This document shows, piece by piece, positions 28,883-37,808 of a stretch of 37,808 bases of DNA. The DNA lies in the sequence record SRR31156797_9296, one strand, 5' to 3'. Both the position numbers and the translations under genes were made by a program. Below the pieces are notes generated by a model. The model was not told the DNA's origin and made no database searches. It saw nothing but the letters and a program-made list of their open reading frames with translations. The number at the start of each line of letters is the position of its first letter. Positions within the stretch are counted from its first letter, which is position 1.

Positions 28883-29587
28883 TTATCGATGGACGTTCAC
28901 GACCGATTCAATACAAATTGCATCGTGTCGCCAATATTCAATATGGCAATCGATGAGTTCACCGTTTAAGTCATAATTGACTCTCTCAACAACCATCGCA
29001 GGTGTCCCAGCCGTTGCTCTTAAAGCTTGAGCGGTTTCTCCCAGCAAAGACGTGGTAGAAATACGGTATCGAGTCGAGTGATACTGAGTCGCATAATGTT
29101 CACGATAGATATCTGTCAGTGACTGCGACAAATCATGTTGCAACAAGTTAGGAAACCATTCAGGTCGGATGTAATTCGTCACAAACACCACCGGACGGTC
29201 ATCTAAATAGCGTACGCGATCAACGCGATACACGTCCGAAAACGGTTTTAAACCTAATAATGCAGACGCATGTTTATTGGCCACCATCGCTTTTGCCAAC
29301 ACCAATTCCGTTTTAGGTACCCGATTCTGAGCGAGCGCCATATTAGTAAAATTCAGCGTCTGAGTTGGATCATAGCGAAGAGGCTGCGGCGAAATAAACC
29401 AGCCTCTCCTGTCTTCACGATAAATTCGCCCTTCGGATTCCAATAATGACAAGGCCTCGCGCAAGGTTACCCGAGTGGTATCAAACGATTCCGCTAACTT
29501 ACGTTCCGCAGGGAGTTTCTGTCGTGGCGACAACATACCAGCGTCGATTTGCTCAACGATAGCGTCTTTAATTTTTACGTACTGCAT
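28883..29587 (-). CDS. phnR: GntR/HutC-family phosphonate utilization regulator
   Basis: MQYVKIKD...KLPAERKLAESFDTTRVTLREAL...IYREDRRGWFISP..LRYDPT; UTRA end EYWRHDAI. Confidence 0.88.
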   Translation of the reverse strand: MQYVKIKDAIVEQIDAGMLSPRQKLPAERKLAESFDTTRVTLREALSLLESEGRIYREDRRGWFISPQPLRYDPTQTLNFTNMALAQNRVPKTELVLAKAMVANKHASALLGLKPFSDVYRVDRVRYLDDRPVVFVTNYIRPEWFPNLLQHDLSQSLTDIYREHYATQYHSTRYRISTTSLLGETAQALRATAGTPAMVVERVNYDLNGELIDCHIEYWRHDAICIESVVNVHR

Positions 29588-29618
29588 GGCTTCCTTCCAG
29601 CTGATGGGTTACTTTGCC

Positions 29619-30293
29619 TTATGCCAACAAAATAGTACGCAATTCATCTAGCGATTGCACTTCATAGTGGGCGTTGATACCTTCAGGGCGTTGATGCTGA
29701 TGCACATTTAACCAACAGGTCTCAAGGCCGAAGTTCAGACCGCCGAGAATATCTGAATGAGGATTGTCGCCCACCATCAGTACACGCTCTTTGTTTGGGT
29801 TACCCATCACTTCCATTGCATGAACAAATATTCCTGGATCCGGTTTAGCAACCCCCACTTGTTCAGAAATCACTACGTGATCAAAGTATGGCGTCATACC
29901 TGTTCTTTCTAAACGTATCGCTTGCAGCTCGGTAAAACCATTAGTAATGATACCCATCTTCGCTTTACCGCTCAGCGCGTCCACCAGCTCTTTCGCTCCT
30001 GGAAGTAACGTGCAAATATCCGCCATTGCTTCTAGAAATGCACTATTCAGCTCTGTCGTTGTGGTTTCCAGTTTCTCGGCCCAACCTTGAAAGCGAATAT
30101 GTTTTAGCTCATCAGCTGTAATCGTACCGTTCTGGTAATCGACCCAAAGCGGTTTATTGACTTGCTGGTATTGGTGAAAATCTTCTTGCGTAAAATTTAC
30201 ACCTTTACGTTCAAACATTAACTGCATGCCTTTAAATGCATCAAAGTGAAATAACGTCTCATCAGCATCAAACAATATCCAGTCGTACTTCAT
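29619..30293 (-). CDS. yjjG: Pyrimidine 5'-nucleotidase (HAD)
   Basis: [49 protein letters not shown] before ATG 30293. Confidence 0.95.
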   Translation of the reverse strand: MKYDWILFDADETLFHFDAFKGMQLMFERKGVNFTQEDFHQYQQVNKPLWVDYQNGTITADELKHIRFQGWAEKLETTTTELNSAFLEAMADICTLLPGAKELVDALSGKAKMGIITNGFTELQAIRLERTGMTPYFDHVVISEQVGVAKPDPGIFVHAMEVMGNPNKERVLMVGDNPHSDILGGLNFGLETCWLNVHQHQRPEGINAHYEVQSLDELRTILLA

Positions 30294-30396
30294 GTTGGTT
30301 CTCCTCGTAAAAGCGAAACTCATTGTAGATTGTTTTCTATAAAATGATAATCTTTCGATATGGAAACTTGTTGTTAATTTAGAGGCAACAATCATC

Positions 30397-31314
30397 ATGG
30401 ATAATACTTTCTCTACCATCCCTATTTTTGTTGCGGTCGTTGAATGCGGAAGCTTTTCTCTTGCTGCGGAAAAACTAGGGGTAACCAAATCAGCCATAAG
30501 TAAGCGTATTACTCAATTGGAAGATGAACTCGGTATTCGATTACTCAATCGAACAACTCGAAAACTGAGCTTAACTGAAGCTGGGAAACGCTACTATGAT
30601 CATGTCTCTCAAGCGCTCTCCATTGCTCAACAAGGTATGGATGCGGTTACCGAGCTTCAGGGTGAACCCAAAGGTAAACTCAAAATTACAGCGCCTATGT
30701 CTTTCGGTGTGTTGTACATCGCTCCCATTATCGCCGAGTTTCTGGAACACTTTCCTAAAATCACCATTGATCTGCAACTTGAAGATCAAATGGTCGATTT
30801 GATTGAAGGCGAATTTGATTTAGCGATACGTATTGGTAATTTGCCTATCTCCAATTTAGTAGCCAAACGACTCACCAACTGCAAAAGTATTCTCTGTGCA
30901 TCGCCAACCTACATAGATAAAAACGGGACGCCACAAAAACCGGCGGATTTGATCGATCATAACTGCTTAGTCTATTCCTACTTCCGCGGAGGGAATGAGT
31001 GGACATTCGAATATCAACGCAACGAGTTTAAGGTGATACCGAAAGGTAACTTCGTGGTAAACAACAGTGAAGCCATTCGTCGAGCACTTATTGAAGGTTT
31101 AGGTATCGGTCAGCTACCCACGTTTTTGGTCAGCAAAGATATCTTATCAGGTAAGCTCAACTCCATCATGACGTCCTATACACTTCCGCAGCATGCCGTT
31201 TATGCGGTGTTTCCTGAACGTAAGCACCTCCCTCATAAAGTGCGCGCCTTTATGGAATTTGTCGCCGATAAACTTGGGAGAGACAACCCGGTTTGGGATC
31301 AAGGATTATTCTAG
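30397..31314 (+). CDS. LysR-family regulator (CrgA-like)
   Basis: [69 protein letters not shown]. Confidence 0.95.
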   Translation: MDNTFSTIPIFVAVVECGSFSLAAEKLGVTKSAISKRITQLEDELGIRLLNRTTRKLSLTEAGKRYYDHVSQALSIAQQGMDAVTELQGEPKGKLKITAPMSFGVLYIAPIIAEFLEHFPKITIDLQLEDQMVDLIEGEFDLAIRIGNLPISNLVAKRLTNCKSILCASPTYIDKNGTPQKPADLIDHNCLVYSYFRGGNEWTFEYQRNEFKVIPKGNFVVNNSEAIRRALIEGLGIGQLPTFLVSKDILSGKLNSIMTSYTLPQHAVYAVFPERKHLPHKVRAFMEFVADKLGRDNPVWDQGLF

Positions 31315-31436
31315 TGTCACAACAGAAACAACTATTGAAGAAAAAAGTACAGTTCCCTGATATAGCACAATATATCCATCTCCATAACTGCCTATAAAAA
31401 CGGATAGAAACCACTTTTTATAGATAAGGAAGTTCC

Positions 31437-31631
31437 ATGAAACGTTTTTTACCTTCGTCGGTGATGTTAATGCCGTTTGTCGTTAAACATTACTCCGAGC
31501 AAAATGATGAAGATGAGATGTCCTGTGATCCATGCGACACGCAATCAATGGAATGTGAACTAAACTTATCAGCCAATAATGAAGCGTCGGTTAACAAAAC
31601 TCCCTTAGATAGACAACCCAAGAAGGAATAA
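31437..31631 (+). CDS. Small hypothetical protein (64 aa), acidic, CxxC
   Basis: RBS TAAGGA; stop 4 nt before the elbB start. Confidence 0.55.
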   Translation: MKRFLPSSVMLMPFVVKHYSEQNDEDEMSCDPCDTQSMECELNLSANNEASVNKTPLDRQPKKE

Positions 31632-31635
31632 CCTG

Positions 31636-32286
31636 ATGAAGAAAATTGCCGTTATATTAAGTGGTTGTGGGGTCTTTGATGGCTCGGAAATTCACGAAGC
31701 TGTCTTAGCTCTACACGCCATAGAAAAGCAAGGGGCAAGCTGGCACTGTTTTGCTCCAGACATAGACCAAATGCATGTCATCAACCACCTCACAGGTGAA
31801 GAGATGCCAGAAAAACGCAATGTGCTTGTTGAAGCCGCTCGGCTGGTACGGGGCGAAGTGGAAGATGTCGTCAAACTTAAAGTCGATGATTACGATGCTT
31901 TGTTACTGCCCGGTGGTTTTGGCGCAGCAAAAAACCTCACCGATTTTGCAGTAAAAGGCGCAGATTGTACGATTAACGCGCATGTTGCTTCTGCCTGCCG
32001 AGCATTTGCCGAATCAGGTAAACCTGCAGGATATTTGTGCATCGCACCAACGATCATTCCAATGATTTATGAGCATGGAGCTCAAGGTACGGTTGGTCAC
32101 GACAAAGATGTCGCCAAGGCGTTTAATCATATGGGTGGCGCTCACATTGACTGCCCAGTGGATGATTATGTCTACGATCAAGACCATAACGTGCTTTCAA
32201 CTCCCGCTTATATGTTGGCAGAAAACATTTCACAAGCCGCAACGGGCATTGAACGATTGGTCGTGAAGCTTGTTGATTTAGCTTAA
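31636..32286 (+). CDS. elbB: Glyoxalase ElbB (DJ-1/PfpI, ES1 family)
   Basis: MKKIAVILSGCGVFDGSEIHEAV, PGGFGAAKNL, CIAP, STPAYM. Confidence 0.96.
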   Translation: MKKIAVILSGCGVFDGSEIHEAVLALHAIEKQGASWHCFAPDIDQMHVINHLTGEEMPEKRNVLVEAARLVRGEVEDVVKLKVDDYDALLLPGGFGAAKNLTDFAVKGADCTINAHVASACRAFAESGKPAGYLCIAPTIIPMIYEHGAQGTVGHDKDVAKAFNHMGGAHIDCPVDDYVYDQDHNVLSTPAYMLAENISQAATGIERLVVKLVDLA

Positions 32287-32310
32287 TAGACCCATCTATG
32301 AACTGACTCA

Positions 32311-32341
32311 AGTGGAAGGGGCTGAACAGTCACCTTCCACT
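32311..32341 (+). terminator. Hairpin after elbB
   Basis: AGTGGAAGG...CCTTCCACT stem; weak U-tract. Confidence 0.5.
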
Positions 32342-32463
32342 GGTTAACATTAGGCAGTAGAAAAATAACTTGACTCAAATCAGCAATATTTTGAAAATCA
32401 CCGCAATCGCACAATCCTCTATCAAAAAACCTTTACAACGATATTTTTCTAGATAACATGCCA

Positions 32464-32479
32464 GCGCAATCGTTTGCTT
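32464..32479. promoter_or_regulatory. PurR box
   Basis: GCGCAATCGTTTGCTT versus consensus ACGCAAACGTTTGCGT, directly upstream of fhs. Confidence 0.8.
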
Positions 32480-32510
32480 CAACTATTAACAGAGACCTTC
32501 TGAGGATTTT

Positions 32511-34259
32511 ATGCTTTCAGATATCGACATTTGCCGATCAACATCATTGACTCCTATTGATACCATCGCCCAGAAGGCGGGTTTACTTAACGAAGAATTT
32601 CAAAGCCAAGGACACTATAAAGCGAAAGTCTCCTTAAGCTGTCTTGACCGCTTACATGAAAAGCCTAGCGGTAAATTTGTATTGGTTACAGCCATTACCC
32701 CAACACCTTTGGGTGAAGGTAAAACTGTAACGACTATTGGTTTGGCACAAGGTTTGGCTAAATTAAATCAATCGGTGTTCGCTTGTATTCGTCAACCTTC
32801 TATGGGCCCGGTTTTTGGGGTTAAAGGCGGTGCTGCCGGTGGTGGTTATTCACAAGTCGCACCAATGGAAGAACTAAACCTGCATTTGACGGGGGACATT
32901 CACGCGGTGACTGCGGCGCACAACTTAGCCGCAGCGGCGATCGATGCACGCATTTATCATGAACAACGTAACGGCTATGACGACTTTGAACAACGAACGT
33001 CAATGAAAGCGTTACGCATCGATCCTAGCCTGGTGGTGTGGAAACGAGTGATGGACCATAACGATCGTGCCCTGCGCATGGTCACAGTGGGCCGCAACGA
33101 AACCGGCAAAACCATAAACGGTTATGAACGTGAAGACGGCTTTGATATCTCTGCGGCATCGGAACTGATGGCAATACTAGCCCTTGCTTCTGATCTGAAA
33201 GATTTACGCCAACGCATCGGCAAAATAGTGGTTGCTTATGACTTTGATGGCCAACCAGTGACAACCGAAGATCTCAAAGTCGCCGGTGCAATGGCGGTAA
33301 GCATGAAAGAAGCGATTGAGCCGACACTGATGCAAACATTGGAAGGTGTGCCCACGCTTATTCACGCTGGTCCGTTTGCCAATATTGCTCATGGTAACTC
33401 TTCCATCATTGCTGATGATATTGCCACTCGCCTCGCTGACTATACCGTTACAGAAGGCGGATTCGGTTCAGATATGGGATTTGAAAAAGCATGTAACATC
33501 AAAGCGAAAGCGTCAGGAAAAGCTCCTGACTGTGCAGTTATCGTCGCAACATTGCGTGGCTTAAAAGCCAACTCTGGCGAATATGATTTACGTCCTGGCC
33601 AAGCGATTCCTGATTCTCTTTTTGAACCCAATCAAAAATCACTGATTGCTGGGTTTGAAAACCTTAAATGGCACATCAATAATGTCAATAAATACGGCAT
33701 TCCAGCCGTCGTTGCTATCAACCGTTTTCCACAAGATACTGATGAAGAACTGCAACAATTGATAGAACTGATCGAAACCTTACCAAACGACGTTGAAGTT
33801 GCATTGTCAGAAGGATTTACCCAAGGTGGCGAAGGCACTAAGTCACTGGCTGAAAAAGTCATTGCGCAATGCGAAAAGCCATCAAAGTTTACCCCGCTCT
33901 ACCAAGCTGAAGATCCATTAATGACCAAAATCAGCAACGTTCTTCTTAACGGCTACGGGGCGGAGTCTTTTATACTCTGCCATAAAGCGCAAACTCAGCT
34001 TAAAAAACTCAATGAGCTTGGCTTTGATCATCTGGCTATTTGCTTTGCCAAAACGCCATTATCGATCACGACTGACTCTGCGATTAAAGGTGCGCCAACC
34101 GACTTTGATGTTGTTATTCGCGAACTGAGACTGTGTGCCGGAGCTGAATTTGTCTACGCGTTATGCGGTAACGTAATGACAATGCCGGGTCTTCCAGAAA
34201 AACCCGCATTTATGGGTTTAGATATCGACGAACACGGCCATATTATTGGACTCAGTTAA
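32511..34259 (+). CDS. fhs: Formate--tetrahydrofolate ligase
   Basis: [60 protein letters not shown]. Confidence 0.97.
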   Translation: MLSDIDICRSTSLTPIDTIAQKAGLLNEEFQSQGHYKAKVSLSCLDRLHEKPSGKFVLVTAITPTPLGEGKTVTTIGLAQGLAKLNQSVFACIRQPSMGPVFGVKGGAAGGGYSQVAPMEELNLHLTGDIHAVTAAHNLAAAAIDARIYHEQRNGYDDFEQRTSMKALRIDPSLVVWKRVMDHNDRALRMVTVGRNETGKTINGYEREDGFDISAASELMAILALASDLKDLRQRIGKIVVAYDFDGQPVTTEDLKVAGAMAVSMKEAIEPTLMQTLEGVPTLIHAGPFANIAHGNSSIIADDIATRLADYTVTEGGFGSDMGFEKACNIKAKASGKAPDCAVIVATLRGLKANSGEYDLRPGQAIPDSLFEPNQKSLIAGFENLKWHINNVNKYGIPAVVAINRFPQDTDEELQQLIELIETLPNDVEVALSEGFTQGGEGTKSLAEKVIAQCEKPSKFTPLYQAEDPLMTKISNVLLNGYGAESFILCHKAQTQLKKLNELGFDHLAICFAKTPLSITTDSAIKGAPTDFDVVIRELRLCAGAEFVYALCGNVMTMPGLPEKPAFMGLDIDEHGHIIGLS

Positions 34260-34275
34260 ACAGCTGTTGACCGTT

Positions 34276-34304
34276 AAAAATGGCAGTGAAACACTGCCAT
34301 TTTT
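34276..34304. terminator. Bidirectional intrinsic terminator
   Basis: AAAAATGGCAGTG-aaa-CACTGCCATTTTT. Confidence 0.9.
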
Positions 34305-34308
34305 ATCA

Positions 34309-35202
34309 CTAATGAATACCAAGTTCTTTTATCAACCAAGATTTGAATGCGTTAATTCTTAACGCTCGTGAAGACGACGGGTCGCTGATCACGGAATAAC
34401 GTACACCCGGTTTCAACCCAACATCAAATGGCTTAACTAATAAACCACGCTCTACAAAATCGGCCGCGATGCTCTCGGTTGCTAAACACGCTCCATGCCC
34501 TGCCACTACCGCATTAATTGCCATGTCAAACGTGCTCACCTCCATCCATTGTAAGCTTTCTCTTTTAGCATTGACCCCTGCGCTGTGAAACCAGTGATCC
34601 CAACTAAACGAAGCTGAGTGAAAATCAATTAACCAGCAACGCAGCAACTGTTCCGGTTCGGTCAATTTCATCGACTCAGCAAGCACGGGAGAACAATAAG
34701 GATAGATAGCTTCTTCAAACAGGGTTTCTTGTTCCAAACCGAGATGTGTCACGCTCTCCTCACCTTGCCAAATCATCACATCCGTGGACGTATGTCGGAT
34801 GTCGATCTCTTTGACCGTTTGCACTCTTATTGGGACGTGGGGAAATGCCATGGTGAACTTCCACAATCTGGGCATTAACCACCGAGTCGAAAACGAGCGA
34901 GGCGCACTGACATTAAGAACCCCTTCTAGTGGTTCATTTTGAATCCGGTTTAAACCGGTAATGATGTGCTTAAAGCCATCATCAATATGTTTATGAAGAA
35001 TTTGCCCTTTATCCGTCAGATGCATTTCACGCCCGCGACGGATAAACAACTTACAACCTAATTGTTGTTCCAGCTGGCGTAACTTTTGGCTGATAGCCGC
35101 TTGAGTGACAAACAACTCCTCTGCCGCTTTGCTATAGCTTTTCAAACGCGCCGCCGATTCAAAATAACGCAATGCCGAAAGGTTGCGAAGTCGATTGTCC
35201 AT
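34309..35202 (-). CDS. LysR-family regulator (GcvA-like)
   Basis: LRYFESAARLKSYSKAAEELFVTQAAISQKLRQLE; RWLMPRL; AVVAGHG. Confidence 0.93.
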   Translation of the reverse strand: MDNRLRNLSALRYFESAARLKSYSKAAEELFVTQAAISQKLRQLEQQLGCKLFIRRGREMHLTDKGQILHKHIDDGFKHIITGLNRIQNEPLEGVLNVSAPRSFSTRWLMPRLWKFTMAFPHVPIRVQTVKEIDIRHTSTDVMIWQGEESVTHLGLEQETLFEEAIYPYCSPVLAESMKLTEPEQLLRCWLIDFHSASFSWDHWFHSAGVNAKRESLQWMEVSTFDMAINAVVAGHGACLATESIAADFVERGLLVKPFDVGLKPGVRYSVISDPSSSRALRINAFKSWLIKELGIH

Positions 35203-35299
35203 AATCTGTACTTATAGTTCCTGTAATCAATGGTTGTTCGTAACTCGGAAAGATTGCTTTGATAATAGCTTTATCGACATAATAAGCAAGGTAGTTATA

Positions 35300-35479
35300 A
35301 TGAAACCCATAACAATACAACCCTTTACCTCTCCGTATATAACTATAAAAAACAGACTATTATCTTGGTTAAAGGTTAAAAAGGGCACTCAATCCCCGCT
35401 ACTCAGTGAGCACATGAAAAAAGATGTTGGCTTGTCCACCCAGCAACCTGAAAACAAACATTACACTCGATATTTATAA
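35300..35479 (+). CDS. Small DUF1127-like protein (59 aa)
   Basis: RBS AAGGT; LSEHMKKDVGL resembles the DUF1127 core LSDxxLxDIGL; divergent from a GcvA-like LysR. Confidence 0.65.
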   Translation: MKPITIQPFTSPYITIKNRLLSWLKVKKGTQSPLLSEHMKKDVGLSTQQPENKHYTRYL

Positions 35480-35790
35480 CTTATGATTATAGTAATGTTT
35501 ATACACTCACTCTTACGACGCTCCGATCGCTGTTTCAACCGTTTGTGATCACTTATCTTCTTTTGCTGTATTTTGTTTTCTTTCGTTACGGTTTTTTGTA
35601 GGTAATTTGTTGCGCTTATTTTGCAACACAAAAATATATGTATCCAAACATTTCAAAACAATCAGTGACATGTGCTTTCATTTTGTCACTTTAATAGAAT
35701 TAAACGTTATCTATTAGGCTGAAATAACAATTTTTAATAAGCCTTACTTTTTCAAGTTAACAACATCTTTGATTCTATTATGGAGTTACT

Positions 35791-37350
35791 ATGAGTAACC
35801 AATCAGTAAATCCAGCACCATCACCGAAGCCGAGCGGTATGGAACGCTTTTTAAACTTTATTGAACGTGCAGGTAATAAGATCCCTGACCCTGCTATTTT
35901 GTTCTTCTGGGCGCTGGTCATTACCTGGGTTGCTTCAGCACTTTTATCAAACGTTTCATTTGATCTTATCAACCCTCGTACTGGCGAAGCACTGGCGATC
36001 AACAACCTTTTAACGGGTGAAGCACTTGCGAGTTTCCTCGCGAACATGGTGAAAACATTCACAGGTTTCGCGCCTCTGGGTATCGTTCTTGTCGCTATGT
36101 TAGGTGTCGGTGTTGCAGACTCTTCTGGTTTTATTACCACGGGTCTTAAAAAAATGCTGAACTTTACGCCAGCAAAATTACTGACTCCAATGTTAATTCT
36201 TGTCGCTATCGTATCTCACACAGCGGCAGATGCGGGTTACGTTTTGGTCATTCCACTAGGTGGTATCATCTTCCATGCTGCTGGTCGTCATCCTCTCGCC
36301 GGTATTGCTGCTGCGTTTGCGGGTGTATCGGGCGGTTTCTCTGCGAACTTTATCCCTTCTGGTATTGACCCACTACTCGCTGGCTTCACGCAAACAGCGG
36401 CGCAGGTTCTTGACCCTGAGTACATAGTTAACCCATTAGCGAACATCATTTTTACGGGTCTTTCGTCAGTGATTGTTGTTGCGATTGGTTGGTATGTAAC
36501 AGAGAAAATCATTGAACCACGCCTTGCAAACACCCCTATCGATGAAGATGCAGAAAAAGCGCCGGATTTAGGTTCATTTACAGAACTGGAGTCTAAAGCT
36601 TTCCGCTACGCGGGTTGGGCTATGGTGGCAGGTATCGCACTGCTTGTTGCTGCATTGATTCCTGAGAACTCAGCGCTTCGCTCTCCAGACGGCGAAATTA
36701 CCGCATTCTCTGCGCCTATCATGAAGTCGATCGTTCCATTGATCTTCATTCTATTTATCATACCAGGGTACGTATACGGTAAAGTTTCAGGCACATTCAA
36801 ATCCAGTAACGACATTATTAAAGCAATGTCTGACACCATGGCAACCATGGGTGCGTACATCGTGATGTCATTCTTCTGTGCACAATTCCTATCGGTATTT
36901 GCTCAATCGAACATCGGTACTATGCTTGCGCTTTATGGTGCCGAAGGCCTGAAGGCGATGAACCTACCAGGCGAAGCCACTATCGTTGGTATGATTCTGT
37001 TAACCGCTTCTGTCAACCTGCTCATTGGTTCGGCTTCTGCAAAATGGGCATTGATTGGTCCGATTCTGGTTCCAATGCTAATGGCGGTGGGCATTTCACC
37101 AGAACTATCACAAGCGGCTTACCGTGTCGGTGATTCTGTATCGAACATCATTTCTCCACTGATGGTATTCTTCCCTCTTGTGGTGGTTTACTGTCAACGC
37201 TATGTGAAGTCTACGGGTATCGGTACTCTAGCTTCGTTGATGATGCCATTCTCGATCGCTATGCTGATTGGCTGGACAATATTCTTACTGGCTTACTGGG
37301 CTGTAGGCATCCCTCTGGGTGTTCAAGCACCATACACATACACCATGTAA
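35791..37350 (+). CDS. AbgT-family transporter (p-aminobenzoyl-glutamate / MtrF-YdaH type)
   Basis: FIERAGNKIPDP, FTGFAPLG, GRHPLAGIAAAFAGVSGGFSAN, GSASAKW, AYRVGDS. Confidence 0.93.
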   Translation: MSNQSVNPAPSPKPSGMERFLNFIERAGNKIPDPAILFFWALVITWVASALLSNVSFDLINPRTGEALAINNLLTGEALASFLANMVKTFTGFAPLGIVLVAMLGVGVADSSGFITTGLKKMLNFTPAKLLTPMLILVAIVSHTAADAGYVLVIPLGGIIFHAAGRHPLAGIAAAFAGVSGGFSANFIPSGIDPLLAGFTQTAAQVLDPEYIVNPLANIIFTGLSSVIVVAIGWYVTEKIIEPRLANTPIDEDAEKAPDLGSFTELESKAFRYAGWAMVAGIALLVAALIPENSALRSPDGEITAFSAPIMKSIVPLIFILFIIPGYVYGKVSGTFKSSNDIIKAMSDTMATMGAYIVMSFFCAQFLSVFAQSNIGTMLALYGAEGLKAMNLPGEATIVGMILLTASVNLLIGSASAKWALIGPILVPMLMAVGISPELSQAAYRVGDSVSNIISPLMVFFPLVVVYCQRYVKSTGIGTLASLMMPFSIAMLIGWTIFLLAYWAVGIPLGVQAPYTYTM

Positions 37351-37362
37351 TTTAATTGCACG

Positions 37363-37391
37363 AATAAAAGCCTGCTGAGCGGGCTTTTATT
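37363..37391 (+). terminator. Intrinsic terminator
   Basis: AATAAAAGCCTGC-tga-GCGGGCTTTTATT after the AbgT-family gene. Confidence 0.85.
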
Positions 37392-37583
37392 GTTTTTGCC
37401 TCCCCCAATTTCATCTCTCTTTTTACTCGCTCAACAAAAACCAACTTCATTCCGATTATCTACTTGTGATCAATCGCATTATCGCCGTAAGCAACAAGCC
37501 TCGACGGTCCAACTCCCATATATTGATTTGTGTTATTAATGCGTATCTTAAGCGCAACCATTCAATCTCATATTGGAGAAGCT

Positions 37584-37808
37584 ATGAAAACGCTGTTGGT
37601 ACTTTTGTTGTCATTTTCTTTTATCGGCGTTGCGAACGCGAACACCGAATCAAATATCGCTACGGCAGAACGGCTCATGGAAGCCATGCAATCAGACAAA
37701 ATGATGCTTGGCGGCTTTGAAGCCATGCTACCAATTATTAGCCAATTGTGTGCAGAGCTAAACTTAGACGAAGAAGAGTCATTAGAATTAGAGAATATCT
37801 ATCTAGAT
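37584..37808 (+). CDS. Exported protein, DUF2059-like (truncated by window end)
   Basis: RBS GGAG; MKTLLVLLLSFSFIGVANA signal peptide, then ATAERLMEAMQSDKMM...; frame open to the end of the window. Confidence 0.7.
   Translation, partial: MKTLLVLLLSFSFIGVANANTESNIATAERLMEAMQSDKMMLGGFEAMLPIISQLCAELNLDEEESLELENIYLD

Noticed and set aside
29619-30497. Extended ORF-track starts (yjjG 30497, yejB 17170, EAL 7045, AraC 26939, 35183)
   Set aside because: They overlap neighbouring genes or promoters; downstream ATGs have an RBS and/or family-typical N-termini
37466-37720. 84-aa ORF from the track
   Set aside because: The overlapping frame from 37584 has an RBS and a signal peptide and is the better gene

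Overview
Vibrio-type chromosomal window; the gene order recalls the V. cholerae chromosome II interval running S4 protein - GST/TetR - yejABEF - NUDIX - pggH - yjjG - elbB - fhs (recalled from memory, not searched). Two probable accessory blocks interrupt this backbone. (1) 2215-10655: a c-di-GMP signalling island of Roc/Bvg/Vie type, with a BvgS-like hybrid kinase, a REC-EAL phosphodiesterase, two EvgA-like response regulators, a membrane GGDEF cyclase and a LysR. (2) 22364-27886: a tyn/dau-like amine or imino-acid cluster (OCD-family enzyme, Rid protein, FAD oxidoreductase, APC permease, divergent AraC). The AraC gene has a sigma54-type promoter and an apparent tandem NtrC enhancer downstream of it. 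Also present: an orphan phnR with no phosphonate operon beside it, a Fur-boxed siderophore-interacting protein, a PurR-boxed fhs, several small proteins (UVR-like, Arg-repeat, DUF1127-like) and many intrinsic terminators. No rRNA, tRNA, CRISPR array, transposase or integrase was seen.
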